Made by a program: the position numbers and the translations under genes. Below are positions 17,707 through 28,340 of a stretch of 64,000 bases of DNA, piece after piece; the first letter of the stretch is position 1; each line of letters opens with the position of its first letter. Under the pieces are notes generated by a model that was not told the origin of the DNA, did not search any database, and was given only the letters and a program-made list of their open reading frames with translations. Source of the stretch: an uncultured bacterium (GTDB taxonomy: Bacteria; Patescibacteriota; Minisyncoccia; Phycocordibacterales; GWA1-40-21); assembly GCA_903831305.1 (NCBI GenBank), contig CAIKXE010000011.1:12002-76001 (forward strand), given 5' to 3'.

Positions 17707-18669
17707 ATGACATATAAATATTCATCACAAGTAGAGTCTGAGTATGGTCTCAAAGGACCTCTAGCTTTTGACCAAATCCATAATGGTCCGGATAACGATG
17801 TTTTTATTGTCACTGATTTTAAAAATACTAATTATGTCTTAAGACAGAGCAAAAGACTGGGTAAAAACGCCATGTTTGAAATGGAGGTACTTACCAAACT
17901 TGCTCAAGTTAGTTTTTTATCGCCGGAACCATTACAAACAAAGTCTAAAGCATTTTTAATAAATATTGATAAAATCCAGTTAGTCCTTTTTACTTATATA
18001 AAAGGAACACAAATTCCCCAGCTTGGTACCGAGCATCTGGAAACCGATGTTATAGAGCGTGGTGCTAAAAAGCTTGGTGAATTGCATAGTCTGACCAAAA
18101 ACATAAAAGTTAGTGATATACCTTCGCGGACTATTTTTACCGAGTATGACCGTCTACTCGCGCTTGACATGGAAAAGCTCAAGCCTTTTAAGGATTTTGA
18201 AATTCTTTTGGATCAAGTAAAAGATTTTTATTCAAAGGCGGAATCGAGAATTAAGGGTGGCAAAGAATTATATGGTGTAATCCATAATGATTATGGTATC
18301 CAAAATTTAATTTACATAAAGGACGATTGCTATATTATTGATTTTGACTGGGCGTGTTATGGGCCATTGTTAAAGGATCTTGGATTAGCCGTCGCTATCT
18401 GGCCTCTATATTCAAAAGATGGTGTTCCGTCCAGAACTATAATTGACAGATTTCTTAAGAGTTATAACGAAACAGCGCCTCAAACAGTCGCTTACGATAA
18501 AGATCTGATTTTTTGGGTATGTTTCGCTTGTTTATCTGATACATGTACTTTTATCACCGATACAGTTCAAAATAATTACAAATATGGTGAGAAGGCCATT
18601 AATGATGTGGAACAATGTCGAATGTATAAGAAATTCGAGTATTTTTATAAGGAACTAAAAAATAAATAA
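17707..18669 (+). CDS. phosphotransferase (APH/choline-kinase-like) family protein
   Basis: Brenner motif HNDYGIQNLIY and IIDFDW (DFD). Confidence 0.65.
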   Translation: MTYKYSSQVESEYGLKGPLAFDQIHNGPDNDVFIVTDFKNTNYVLRQSKRLGKNAMFEMEVLTKLAQVSFLSPEPLQTKSKAFLINIDKIQLVLFTYIKGTQIPQLGTEHLETDVIERGAKKLGELHSLTKNIKVSDIPSRTIFTEYDRLLALDMEKLKPFKDFEILLDQVKDFYSKAESRIKGGKELYGVIHNDYGIQNLIYIKDDCYIIDFDWACYGPLLKDLGLAVAIWPLYSKDGVPSRTIIDRFLKSYNETAPQTVAYDKDLIFWVCFACLSDTCTFITDTVQNNYKYGEKAINDVEQCRMYKKFEYFYKELKNK

Positions 18670-18830
18670 AATATTAGAATAATTTAGAAGGATATGAGGA
18701 AAGAATTAAGAAATTTGGTATTTACAGGATTGAGGTGGGGCCAGTTTTGTAGTTCTGATTTTTGTGTTATTATCCTTAATATAAAAGGTATCATGCAAAT
18801 CTAAATGCCGTGTAGTATAGTTATAATTTA

Positions 18831-20324
18831 ATGCAAAATAATCTAAACGAGAAAACTACAGAAAAGAAAATAACAAGTCGAAGCGAGGATTATTCCCAGT
18901 GGTATTTAGATGTTATTGAGGCCGCTGATTTAGCTGATAGCAGTCCAGTTCGTGGTTGCATGATCATTAAGCCTTATGGCTACGCGATTTGGGAGAAAAT
19001 TCATGATATTTTAGACAAGAAGTTCAAACAGCAAGGTGTTCAGAACGCGTATTTTCCACTATTTATACCGCAAAGCTTTTTGACGAAAGAAGCTAAACAT
19101 GTCGAGGGTTTTGCTAAAGAGGTGGCTATAGTAACTCATCACCGGTTAGAAAGTGACGGCCATGGTGGATTAAAACCTGCTGGTGAACTAGCCGAGCCTC
19201 TAATTATACGTCCAACCTCTGAAACCATAATTTATGATACTTTTTCTCGTTGGATCCACTCCTATCGTGATTTACCATTATTAATTAACCAATGGGCAAA
19301 TGTGGTTCGTTGGGAAATGAGAACGCGTCCGTTTCTCCGTACTACGGAATTCCTATGGCAGGAGGGACATACTGCTCACAAAAATAAAGAGGAAGCCGAA
19401 GAAATGACCTTAAAGATGATCAAAGAATATCAAGATTTTTCGGAAACATATATGGCTCTGCCTGTTATCCCGGGATACAAAACTGAGAGTGAAAAATTTG
19501 CCGGCGCAGATTATACCACCTGCATCGAGGCTATGATGCAAGACGGAAAATCTTTACAAGCCGGTACCTCTCATCTGCTAGGTCAAAACTTTGCGAAGGC
19601 TTTTGAGGTTTCTTTTTTAAATGAAAAAGGTGAAAAAGAGTATGTCTGGCAAACAAGCTGGGGCGTCAGTACTCGTCTGATTGGCGCTTTAATTATGGCT
19701 CATAGTGATGATAAAGGATTAGTCTTGCCTCCTAATTTAGCACCTATTCCAGTAGTCATCATTCCTATCGGCCAAGGGAAACCAGATTATGAGCAGGTTC
19801 TAAGTTTTGCCAAGAATCTGTCAGTGAAGATAAGCAAAGAAACTAATTTAACAATTAATCTTGACGATCGAGACCTTCGTCCTGGAGAAAAATTTTTCTA
19901 TTGGGAAAAAAGAGGTGTGCCTATTAGGATTGAAATTGGACCCAAGGATTTGCAAAACAATTCTGTCGTCTTTGCTCGTAGAGACACCGGGGAGAAGGCC
20001 ACCGTCTTAATTCAGGATGTTATTCTTAAAACTCGAGAAACTCTTAACGATATTCAAAAGAGTTTATATCTGAAGGCTGAATCATTCAGAAATGATAACA
20101 CTCATTTCATTGATAATCTGGCTGATTTTAAGAAAATGGTTGATGGTAAAGGAGGATTTATTAATTCTCATTGGTGCGGAAGCTCTGAGTGTGAAGCTAA
20201 GATTAAGGAAACAACTGGGGCGACCATCCGTTGTGTACCTTTTAATCAGAAAGAAGAGGTAGGGAAGTGTATTTTATGTGGAGGTAAATCTAATGGTCGG
20301 GTCATGTTTGCAAAGTCGTACTAA
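18831..20324 (+). CDS. proS: proline--tRNA ligase, archaeal/eukaryote-type with C-terminal Zn-binding domain
   Basis: Class II motifs, ...IVTHHRLE..., and the typical C-terminal ...GKCILCGGKSNGRVMFAKSY. Confidence 0.85.
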   Translation: MQNNLNEKTTEKKITSRSEDYSQWYLDVIEAADLADSSPVRGCMIIKPYGYAIWEKIHDILDKKFKQQGVQNAYFPLFIPQSFLTKEAKHVEGFAKEVAIVTHHRLESDGHGGLKPAGELAEPLIIRPTSETIIYDTFSRWIHSYRDLPLLINQWANVVRWEMRTRPFLRTTEFLWQEGHTAHKNKEEAEEMTLKMIKEYQDFSETYMALPVIPGYKTESEKFAGADYTTCIEAMMQDGKSLQAGTSHLLGQNFAKAFEVSFLNEKGEKEYVWQTSWGVSTRLIGALIMAHSDDKGLVLPPNLAPIPVVIIPIGQGKPDYEQVLSFAKNLSVKISKETNLTINLDDRDLRPGEKFFYWEKRGVPIRIEIGPKDLQNNSVVFARRDTGEKATVLIQDVILKTRETLNDIQKSLYLKAESFRNDNTHFIDNLADFKKMVDGKGGFINSHWCGSSECEAKIKETTGATIRCVPFNQKEEVGKCILCGGKSNGRVMFAKSY

Positions 20325-20404
20325 TTTTTTTAGTCTTAACGACATGAAACAAATTTTATTGCTTAATCTATAAAGGCCACTAAAAAGAGGTAAAAAGCTA
20401 GAAA

Positions 20405-21229
20405 TTGGGTTATAATACCAAGATGAAAGTTGCTTTAGTAAATTTTGCCGAATATGAGAAATTCAATAGCACTGTTTCCTTTAAACAGGACTTGGAATTC
20501 TTAGTGGAAAACAAAATTGACTATGTTGATTATTGTTTTAACTACGATAAGAAGTTAGACCTATTGGCCGGTTTCAGAAAGGCCCTTGCTAATCCTGAGA
20601 TAGATTTGATTTGGTTTGTCTGTGGCGGAAATAAAACAATAAAATTTCTGGACGATATTGATTGGGAGGTCGTCAAAAAAGCTAATAAAATATATGCCGG
20701 GGCGTCTGACTTTACTCATTTCTCATTTAAAGCAGTTCAAAACGGGCAGGTTTGTTATTACGGTACTAGTTTACAAGAAATCAAAAAATATCATCCATCG
20801 CCTAAATCAAGAAAATATCTAGCTGATTTTTTACAGACTGGAAAAATTGAAAAATATAATCATACAAATCTGTATAAAACTGTGAGTAATTTGGATGAGG
20901 AGAAAATCGTAGGTGGACATACTTTCCTGACCACTTTTATGCTTAATGAGGTCAAAATTGATTTAAGAGATAGATTTCTGTTTCTTGAACACCACTATAT
21001 ACCAGGTGAATCCCTAGAGGATCTTGAATATTTTGTTGATCAAATCAAAATGGTCACCAAAGGTAATTTACCAAAGGGCTTTATCTTTGGTCACAGCATG
21101 TTGTTTGGAAAAAAAGGTAAAATTATGAATGTCGCCACGATTAATAAAAAAATGGTTGAATGGCTAAGGGAGTATGATTTGCCTATAGCCTATATTGATC
21201 ATTTTAAACAGATCGTTAAATTTTCTTAA
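20405..21229 (+). CDS. S66-family LD-carboxypeptidase/MccF-like serine peptidase (tentative)
   Basis: GASDFTHF matches the G-x-S-D-x-T nucleophile motif of the S66 family. C-terminal GFIFGHS is a candidate catalytic His region. Confidence 0.5.
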   Translation: MGYNTKMKVALVNFAEYEKFNSTVSFKQDLEFLVENKIDYVDYCFNYDKKLDLLAGFRKALANPEIDLIWFVCGGNKTIKFLDDIDWEVVKKANKIYAGASDFTHFSFKAVQNGQVCYYGTSLQEIKKYHPSPKSRKYLADFLQTGKIEKYNHTNLYKTVSNLDEEKIVGGHTFLTTFMLNEVKIDLRDRFLFLEHHYIPGESLEDLEYFVDQIKMVTKGNLPKGFIFGHSMLFGKKGKIMNVATINKKMVEWLREYDLPIAYIDHFKQIVKFS

Positions 21230-21234
21230 ATATT

Positions 21235-22146
21235 ATGTACAGGAAAGGTGTCTCAGCGCTTATAATCAACAATAAGAACGAGTTTCTTTTAGTTAATTTA
21301 GAATCTTTTGAGGATAAGTATTTTGCAATTCCCGGCGGTGGAGTTGAACTAGGAGAGACTTTAGAAAACGCAGTATATCGAGAGATACATGAAGAGTTGA
21401 GCATAGAGAAAAAATCTCTTCAATTTGTAGGGCAAAGTGATATTCCTGTTAGATTTAAATTCAAGTTAATAAAAATGATTCGTGACGATAAGGATTATGA
21501 AGGGTCAGAACGATATTTTTTTGGATTCTGCTTTGTTGGAGATAATAATGAAATTAAACCGAAAAAAGGAGAGGTTAGATTTTATAAGTGGATACCCCTT
21601 ATACAGTTGAAAGACTATTTACTTTTTGATGGGCAATTAAAAGATACTCAAGAAAAAATAAAAGAAATATTTTCTGACCTGCAACAAATTCAAACAGGAG
21701 ATAAAAAAATGGAAACTGTTCTCCAGTGCGTTATAGATGTATCAGAGAAAACCTTGAAAGAGATGGCGGAAACTTTAGGAATGTCTTGGGTTAATCCACG
21801 AGTTACTGATACATTCTATCCTTTCCGGGATTCGTTCTTAGGAAAGTGGAAGGTTGAAGTGCAAAGACTTCGAAGAAAGGAGAAATTCGAGGAAATTGTA
21901 CGGGCGACCAGAGAAGACAATTGGCAGCCAGCGACTATTTATCACCTTCTAACCCTTCTCACTTCACCAGATAGTAAGCATCTATCTGGGTCATTTATGG
22001 CACCGGGATCCTTGTGTATAGATGACTTTGAATATCCGGGGTGTGTTGTGTTAAGTATAAAGGGTGAGGACAAAAAGATAGGCCTCGGTAATTGGAGAGG
22101 TTCTAAAATTGGTGGTTATGATGTCGTAAGGGTGAAGAGAGAGTAA
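21235..22146 (+). CDS. NUDIX hydrolase fused to C-terminal domain of unknown function
   Basis: Nudix box PGGGVELGETLENAVYREIHEELS. C-terminal ~150 aa unassigned. Confidence 0.7.
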   Translation: MYRKGVSALIINNKNEFLLVNLESFEDKYFAIPGGGVELGETLENAVYREIHEELSIEKKSLQFVGQSDIPVRFKFKLIKMIRDDKDYEGSERYFFGFCFVGDNNEIKPKKGEVRFYKWIPLIQLKDYLLFDGQLKDTQEKIKEIFSDLQQIQTGDKKMETVLQCVIDVSEKTLKEMAETLGMSWVNPRVTDTFYPFRDSFLGKWKVEVQRLRRKEKFEEIVRATREDNWQPATIYHLLTLLTSPDSKHLSGSFMAPGSLCIDDFEYPGCVVLSIKGEDKKIGLGNWRGSKIGGYDVVRVKRE

Positions 22147-22222
22147 GCCGTAATTATAAATGATGGGGAATGGGAGATAACTCCATAATGATTTTTCACC
22201 AGATTTTAATATAAAATATTAT

Positions 22223-22723
22223 ATGAATGATTCATCACACACAATTCTTATACCATATCAACCGTCCTGGAAAGATAAGTTTGAGGTAGAGAAGATAAAA
22301 ATTAAAGATATATTTGGCGATAAAGCTATTGCCGTTGAGCATATCGGTAGTACCTCGATTCCTGGTCTTTCGGCAAAACCAATTATTGATATTGCCGTGA
22401 TGATAGAAAATCATAAAGAAGCCGATGTTTTTACTGGATTATTAGATAAAATAAATTATCGATTTGATTCATTCAGCACCGAGAGACACTTTTATACCAA
22501 AGGTGATCCCATAGAATATCATCTCTCTATTGCCTATAAAGATAAGGGTGGTTTTTGGGAAAGGCAGATTTTATTTAGAGATTATTTAAGAAATCACTCA
22601 GATTTACGGGGTGAATATCAAAAATTAAAAGAAGATTTACTTAAAAATGATCCAACCGGTAAAGACATGTATATTAGTGGTAAAACTGAGTTTATAAAAA
22701 AAATCTTAGACTTGTGTAAATAA
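22223..22723 (+). CDS. GrpB-family (UPF0157) nucleotidyltransferase-fold protein
   Basis: VEHIGSTSIPGLSAKPIIDI is typical of GrpB. Confidence 0.65.
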   Translation: MNDSSHTILIPYQPSWKDKFEVEKIKIKDIFGDKAIAVEHIGSTSIPGLSAKPIIDIAVMIENHKEADVFTGLLDKINYRFDSFSTERHFYTKGDPIEYHLSIAYKDKGGFWERQILFRDYLRNHSDLRGEYQKLKEDLLKNDPTGKDMYISGKTEFIKKILDLCK

Positions 22724-22741
22724 TATGATATCATCCAATAT

Positions 22742-23410
22742 ATGAAGGAATCTTTAATAAATAAATTAATTCTAATCTCTAAGAATCGGCAAGTAAAAAA
22801 TGATCCATCTCATGACTTTCAACATGTTCAGCGAGTATTAAATCTTGCTGTTGAGATTGGTAAAAAAGTTGAAGCAGATCTTGATATTGTCATTCCTGCG
22901 GCCTTATTTCATGATACGGTTGTTTATCGTAAAGACAGTCCGAAGAGTAAATATGAGACCGATGAAAGTGCTGAAGTTGCTGGTCATATTTTAAAAAAGA
23001 TTCGCGAGTATCCAAAAGAAAAAATCGAAAAAGTAAAGATCTGTATTAGACAGTGTTCTTTTTCTAAGGGTATTATTCCTGATATTTTGGAGTCAAAAGT
23101 ATTACAGGATGCTGATATGCTTGAATCTACTGGAGCCATATCAATTATGCGTACTTTTTCGTCCGGTGGACAAATGAATCGTCCATTCTATGATTTAAAT
23201 GATCCTTTTTGCAAAAAAGGTTTATTCGGAGTACACTCAGGATTGTGGTTGTTTTATAAAAGGTTGTTACTTGTTGAAAAAAGAATGCATACAAAATTTG
23301 CTAAAAAGATAGCAAAAAGAAGGACTAATTTTCTGATAACTTTTCTAGATGAATTTAAAAAAGAGCTTATTGAAACCGAAATAATTTATGAAAAAAGAAG
23401 ATCTAGATAA
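22742..23410 (+). CDS. HD-domain phosphohydrolase
   Basis: H...HD signature: HDFQHVQRV, AALFHDT, LQDADMLE. Confidence 0.7.
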   Translation: MKESLINKLILISKNRQVKNDPSHDFQHVQRVLNLAVEIGKKVEADLDIVIPAALFHDTVVYRKDSPKSKYETDESAEVAGHILKKIREYPKEKIEKVKICIRQCSFSKGIIPDILESKVLQDADMLESTGAISIMRTFSSGGQMNRPFYDLNDPFCKKGLFGVHSGLWLFYKRLLLVEKRMHTKFAKKIAKRRTNFLITFLDEFKKELIETEIIYEKRRSR

Positions 23411-24263
23411 CACTGGTAATCTGTGTGATAAATTGGACCTTGTTGGAGAAAACAGACGGCAGGATGCTGAAAAAATTATAAAAATAGTAGAACACGAAAA
23501 GGAATCGTGGAATAATATATTTGAGGAGGAATTAAAAAATATAGATAATGTAAATTATTTATCTTACTGGTGGAGTGATCATTATTGCCAGATTGTAGAA
23601 TATATAGATAAATCCATAAAGTTTAAATGTACACCATCAATTTTGGAAGCTGGGTGTGGCTCTGGTCAATCAACTCTTCAGTTGTCAACAAAAACAAAGT
23701 TGATATCACTTTTGGATATTTCACCAGTTGCACTTGATTTAGCTAAAAAACTTTCAAAAATATACAATAAAAATAATGTCGAATTTATAGAGGGTAATAT
23801 TTTATCTATGCCATTTAAAGACAAGGAATATGATCTTACCTGGAATATTGGCGTTTTGGAGCATTACGATAAAACATTGATTCCTTATTTGCTAAAGGAA
23901 ATGATTAGGGTAACAAAAGATGGTGGTTATATAGCAATAGGAATACCTAATCCAAAGTCTTTGGCTATAAAAAAAGCTAAATTTCTCGCAAACGAGAAGT
24001 TAAAAAATCTTTTAAAATTTATCCCTGGTTATAGACTAGATACTGAAAATTTATATTCAGCTAAAGAGGTAGAAGAGATTCTTTTTGAAGTTAGTAGAAA
24101 AATAGGGCTTAAATTAAGTGAAATAAAAGTAACCCACGTAGGTAGTCCTTTGTTAGTGTGGTCTCCTAAATTTCTTATTAAGTTTTTTAAAATTTTTGAA
24201 AAATTTGAATTTATAAAAAAAAGAAAGTTTCTAATATTGATAATTGCTAAAATTAATTATTAA
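23388..24263 (+). CDS. class I SAM-dependent methyltransferase
   Basis: Motif I ILEAGCGSGQSTLQL followed by LLDISPVALDLA. Confidence 0.75.
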   Translation: MKKEDLDNTGNLCDKLDLVGENRRQDAEKIIKIVEHEKESWNNIFEEELKNIDNVNYLSYWWSDHYCQIVEYIDKSIKFKCTPSILEAGCGSGQSTLQLSTKTKLISLLDISPVALDLAKKLSKIYNKNNVEFIEGNILSMPFKDKEYDLTWNIGVLEHYDKTLIPYLLKEMIRVTKDGGYIAIGIPNPKSLAIKKAKFLANEKLKNLLKFIPGYRLDTENLYSAKEVEEILFEVSRKIGLKLSEIKVTHVGSPLLVWSPKFLIKFFKIFEKFEFIKKRKFLILIIAKINY

Positions 24264-24269
24264 AATATC

Positions 24270-25727
24270 GTGGCAAACTATTTCAACAAATTTATTAAAA
24301 TTGCAGAAATTAATAAAGATAATGTTGCTATTATCTATCCTATTTATAAAGATGGGATAAATAATGGATGTATAAAATATTTATATATAGATATAATCAA
24401 TCATATTCTATCAGCCGGGCCTATTATCTATAAAACAAATATTAAAAAAAATCCTGTTGGCTTATTTATTCCGAACCATCCATTATTTACGTCTGCACTT
24501 ATTAGCGTCTTATCGCAGGATTTTATTGCCGTTCCGATTAATCCAAAATCAACAAAGGAAATAATTTTAAAAATAATATCTGATAATAATTTAGACGTAA
24601 TTATTACTGATAATCATTATTATCAATATTTGATTGGTATCTGTTCCACTAATCAGGTTATTCTAAAAATAGGTGATATAATTTCGACACCTTCTTTTCA
24701 AAAAATCCCTAAAAGTCAGAAAAAATCTGGTGATATTGCAATTATCTCTTACACCAGTGGTACCTCAGGTAACCCCAAAGGGGCATTAATTACAAACAAG
24801 AATATACTATTTGTAACAATGAAATACTGTAGTATCTATCGTCTTGATAAAAACAGCCATGTATTAGCTGCTCTGCCTCTTTGGCATAATTACGGGACAT
24901 TTGATGTTTTGCTGGATACACTCATTAGTGCAGGAACTATTGTCTTAATGGATGATTGGGTAAGTAAAAAAGCGATTGATATAATACATAAGTACAAAAT
25001 TTCTGTATTTCCTGGTTTCCCATTTATGTTTATGGATATTGTTAATGATGATTCCAGAGAATTAGATTTTTCAACTTTAAAAGTTTGCGAGTCAGGCGGA
25101 TCTGGATTACCTCGCAGATATATTGAGCGGTTTAAGAAAAAGACAGGTATAGTTATAACTGAAGGTTACGGTTCAGCAGAAACCACGTCTCTTACACATA
25201 TAAATAATCTAACTGAGACCAGAAGAGCTGGAAGTATTGGTGAAAATATTCCTGAAGCTTTCTGTAAAATACTAGACCAAGGGGGGAGGAGAGTTAAAAC
25301 TGGTGAATGTGGAGTATTGTGGGTTCGTGGTCCAATGGTTTGTAAAGGTTATTCTAATCTTAAGTCAAACAGTTTTAATGGAAAATGGTTTAATACTGGG
25401 GATATTGCTTGTCTTGATTCGAACAATAATTATTGTGTCGTCGGTAGATTAGATAATACTAAAAAGGTTGATACTGATATTGACTCATATTCAACCAGCG
25501 TCGGGGAAATTTTGTACGAATTTGATGGCTTAATTAAATTTAACATTAAAAAAAAGGCAGGAAATAATTTAGATTATTTGTACGTTGTTTTAAAAGATAA
25601 TAGACGAAGAGCTGATTTCAGAGATTTTTTGAAAAGTAAATTTGATAAAGGTAGGTTCTACAAAATAGTTTTTGTAAAAGATATTCCAATCACGGCAACT
25701 GGTAAAATTAAGCATAGTCTTTCTTAA
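24270..25727 (+). CDS. AMP-dependent synthetase/ligase (adenylate-forming enzyme)
   Basis: AMP-binding motifs ISYTSGTSGNPKGA, TEGYGSAETT, NTGDIA and the C-terminal GKIKH lysine. Confidence 0.85.
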   Translation: MANYFNKFIKIAEINKDNVAIIYPIYKDGINNGCIKYLYIDIINHILSAGPIIYKTNIKKNPVGLFIPNHPLFTSALISVLSQDFIAVPINPKSTKEIILKIISDNNLDVIITDNHYYQYLIGICSTNQVILKIGDIISTPSFQKIPKSQKKSGDIAIISYTSGTSGNPKGALITNKNILFVTMKYCSIYRLDKNSHVLAALPLWHNYGTFDVLLDTLISAGTIVLMDDWVSKKAIDIIHKYKISVFPGFPFMFMDIVNDDSRELDFSTLKVCESGGSGLPRRYIERFKKKTGIVITEGYGSAETTSLTHINNLTETRRAGSIGENIPEAFCKILDQGGRRVKTGECGVLWVRGPMVCKGYSNLKSNSFNGKWFNTGDIACLDSNNNYCVVGRLDNTKKVDTDIDSYSTSVGEILYEFDGLIKFNIKKKAGNNLDYLYVVLKDNRRRADFRDFLKSKFDKGRFYKIVFVKDIPITATGKIKHSLS

Positions 25728-25884
25728 ATATTAGCTAATATATAATTGTGGGCTGGTCAGCTTTTTTAAAGAGTAAAATTTAGTGTTTAACTTAAGGACG
25801 CATACTTGTGCGTGTGTGTTGAATAAATATGCATTGTATGTTATATTATAAACTATTAAGTTTAATAGTTTAAATTAGTAAATT

Positions 25885-27357
25885 ATGTATTTAATATCAC
25901 AGACAACAGGTATAACAACGTTATTAATTTTTGGATTAGTAATGATAGTCATTGTTTATTTTCTGACAAGAAAGCAATTTAACTCCAAAGATGCTTTCTT
26001 GGTGGCAAGACGTGAGGTTGGCTGGCTTCGTGGATCCTTAAGTATTGCTGTAAGTTGGATCTGGGCCCCAGCAGTTTTTATCGCTTCAATGCAGGCCTAC
26101 AATCAAGGTATAGCTGGAGCTTTCTGGTTTATTGTACCTAATGTTGTCTGTTTTTTTGTTTTTGCACCTTTGGCGATTAGGTTAAGGAGGTTTTTACCAG
26201 AAGGATATACCTTGCCGCAGTTTATTTTAAAAAGGTATGATAATGATAAAAAAACTCATTTAGCTTTTCTGGTACTATTTTTTGGTTATCAATTAGGTGC
26301 AATTATTATTAACACATTAGCTGCCGGAGTCTTGTTAAATGCTTTGACTGGCATCAGTTTTTATCTTGTCGTCTCATTGATAATGGTTTTGGTATTAATA
26401 TATGCAATAATGAGTGGTTTAGAGGCTTCAATAATTACTGATGTTATTCAAATGGCAATGGTTCTGCTATTTTGTTTTATTCTAGTCCCGTGGGTAATTA
26501 TAAAAGCCGGTGGCTTTTCTGCAGTTACTGGAGGGTTTGGTGGTATAACTGGAATGTTTGGTAATGTGTTTAACCCTTGGATTGCCTATTCCTTTGGTAT
26601 AGCCACAACACTAAGCTTAATCTCTGGTCCAATTGGTGATCAAATGTTTTTTCAGAGAGTTTATGCTTCAAAAAAAGAGCAAATTGTTAAAACTTTTGTC
26701 GCTGGCGGTTTAATTTTTGGATTAGTTCCAACTATCTTGTGTCTCTTAGGTTTTATCGCAGCCAATCCACATTTTAGTTCCCTTATTACCGTTGCAGATC
26801 CTCAAATGGTGGGACCAGTTGTTATTGGTTATTTCTTACCAAAGATAGCATTAGTGGCGTTCCTTTTTATGGCCTTTGCAGCTTTGGCATCCACTATTGA
26901 TAGTGCATATTGTGCGATAAGTTCATTAGGTACAATAGATATTTATAGAAAATATTTTAATCCGGAAGCTAGTGATAGACAATTGCTAAGTATGTCACGT
27001 AAGGTCATGTTGGCTATGGCACTACTTGGTACTGGAATAGCCCTACTTCAACCTAAGCTTTTATGGGTCTTCTTAATTTATGGTGCTTTAGCATCAGCCG
27101 GTTTTTTCCCAACAGTTTTCAGTCTATATTGGAAAAAATTAAACAAACAAGGAGTGTTTTGGGCAGTTACGCTTTCTTTAATTATCGGTTTACCTCTTTC
27201 GATATATGCCAATATTACAGAGAATGTGAACCTTATTGTGTTGGCGTCAATATTAAGTGTGGTTATCGGATTAATTACTTGTTTGATAGCTGGTTTCTTA
27301 AATAAAAAAACTGTATACAACTTTGCAAGTGGTGAAATCGAGGCAGTTGTCGAATAA
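25885..27357 (+). CDS. multi-pass permease, sodium:solute symporter-like (tentative)
   Basis: About 12-13 hydrophobic helices with G/A-rich TM packing. Family assignment is by overall resemblance only. Confidence 0.45.
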   Translation: MYLISQTTGITTLLIFGLVMIVIVYFLTRKQFNSKDAFLVARREVGWLRGSLSIAVSWIWAPAVFIASMQAYNQGIAGAFWFIVPNVVCFFVFAPLAIRLRRFLPEGYTLPQFILKRYDNDKKTHLAFLVLFFGYQLGAIIINTLAAGVLLNALTGISFYLVVSLIMVLVLIYAIMSGLEASIITDVIQMAMVLLFCFILVPWVIIKAGGFSAVTGGFGGITGMFGNVFNPWIAYSFGIATTLSLISGPIGDQMFFQRVYASKKEQIVKTFVAGGLIFGLVPTILCLLGFIAANPHFSSLITVADPQMVGPVVIGYFLPKIALVAFLFMAFAALASTIDSAYCAISSLGTIDIYRKYFNPEASDRQLLSMSRKVMLAMALLGTGIALLQPKLLWVFLIYGALASAGFFPTVFSLYWKKLNKQGVFWAVTLSLIIGLPLSIYANITENVNLIVLASILSVVIGLITCLIAGFLNKKTVYNFASGEIEAVVE

Positions 27358-27358
27358 A

Positions 27359-28336
27359 ATGAAAAAAATTCTTTTGATAGGTCTAGGCGGTACAATAGCT
27401 TGTTCGGCCACTAAAGAAGGTTTAGTCCCGATGTATTCGCCTGAAAGGTTTCTTTCTCAAGAACCCAGACTTTTAACGGTTGCTCATATAAAGACTATTC
27501 AGTTGATGATGAGGACCATTATCTACCCTAAGGACTGGATAACTATTGCCAAATTCATATCAAAGTCCGTTAAAGATTTTGATGGTTTTGTGATAACGAT
27601 GGGAACAGATACTCTAGCTTATACTTCCTCGATGTTGTCTTTTATGCTTAGAAGTATCAATAAACCTGTAATTATAACCGGGGCCATGATTCCGATCGAG
27701 AAGGAAAATTCTGATGCTAGGAAAAATCTGATAGACAGCGTTATATTCGCCTGTGAACCAACCTCAGGAATTTTTGTTGTCTTTAATGGTAACGTTATCA
27801 GGGGGTGCCGAGCGTCCAAAGTGTCTGGAGTAGAAATTGACGCGTTTAAGAGTATTAATTTTCCTTTGATCGCAAAGATTATTAATGGACAAGTCAAATA
27901 TGATTTATCAATAAAAGAAGAAATTAGAGAAAATAATAAACTCTCTTTAGAGGTAAAAATCGATACAAAAGTATTGGATATTAAGCTTACCCCACAGGTA
28001 GAGCCAGATTTATTTGGGAAGCTTTTAGGTTACAAAGGTTTTGTAATTGAAGGGTATGGTGACGGCAATATATCTGATAATTTAATTCCAGTGATTATAA
28101 AACTAATTAAGGGAGGGAAAGTGGTAGTTTTAGCGTCTCAATGTGCTTACGGCCATGTAGAGCATAAATATAGAGGTGGTCTTATGGCGGTGAAGAATGG
28201 TGCAATTTCGGTCAGAGACATGACTAAGGAAAGTGCCCTTACTAAATTGATGTGGTGTATGGGAAAGACGAAGAATGTAAAAACCATAGGTAATATGATG
28301 ACTAGTAATATGTGCGGCGAAATTAAGATAATATAA
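27359..28336 (+). CDS. L-asparaginase (type I-like)
   Basis: ILLIGLGGTIACS (TGGTIAG motif) and VITMGTDTLAYTSS (HGTDT motif). The ATG at 27359 is preferred over the track start at 27323, which overlaps the upstream gene. Confidence 0.8.
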   Translation: MKKILLIGLGGTIACSATKEGLVPMYSPERFLSQEPRLLTVAHIKTIQLMMRTIIYPKDWITIAKFISKSVKDFDGFVITMGTDTLAYTSSMLSFMLRSINKPVIITGAMIPIEKENSDARKNLIDSVIFACEPTSGIFVVFNGNVIRGCRASKVSGVEIDAFKSINFPLIAKIINGQVKYDLSIKEEIRENNKLSLEVKIDTKVLDIKLTPQVEPDLFGKLLGYKGFVIEGYGDGNISDNLIPVIIKLIKGGKVVVLASQCAYGHVEHKYRGGLMAVKNGAISVRDMTKESALTKLMWCMGKTKNVKTIGNMMTSNMCGEIKII

Positions 28337-28340
28337 ATAT

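Noticed and set aside
27323-27358. Upstream extension of the asparaginase ORF (start at 27323)
   Set aside because: It overlaps the 3' end of the permease gene in another frame. The ATG at 27359 gives the canonical MKKILLIGLGGTIAC N-terminus.
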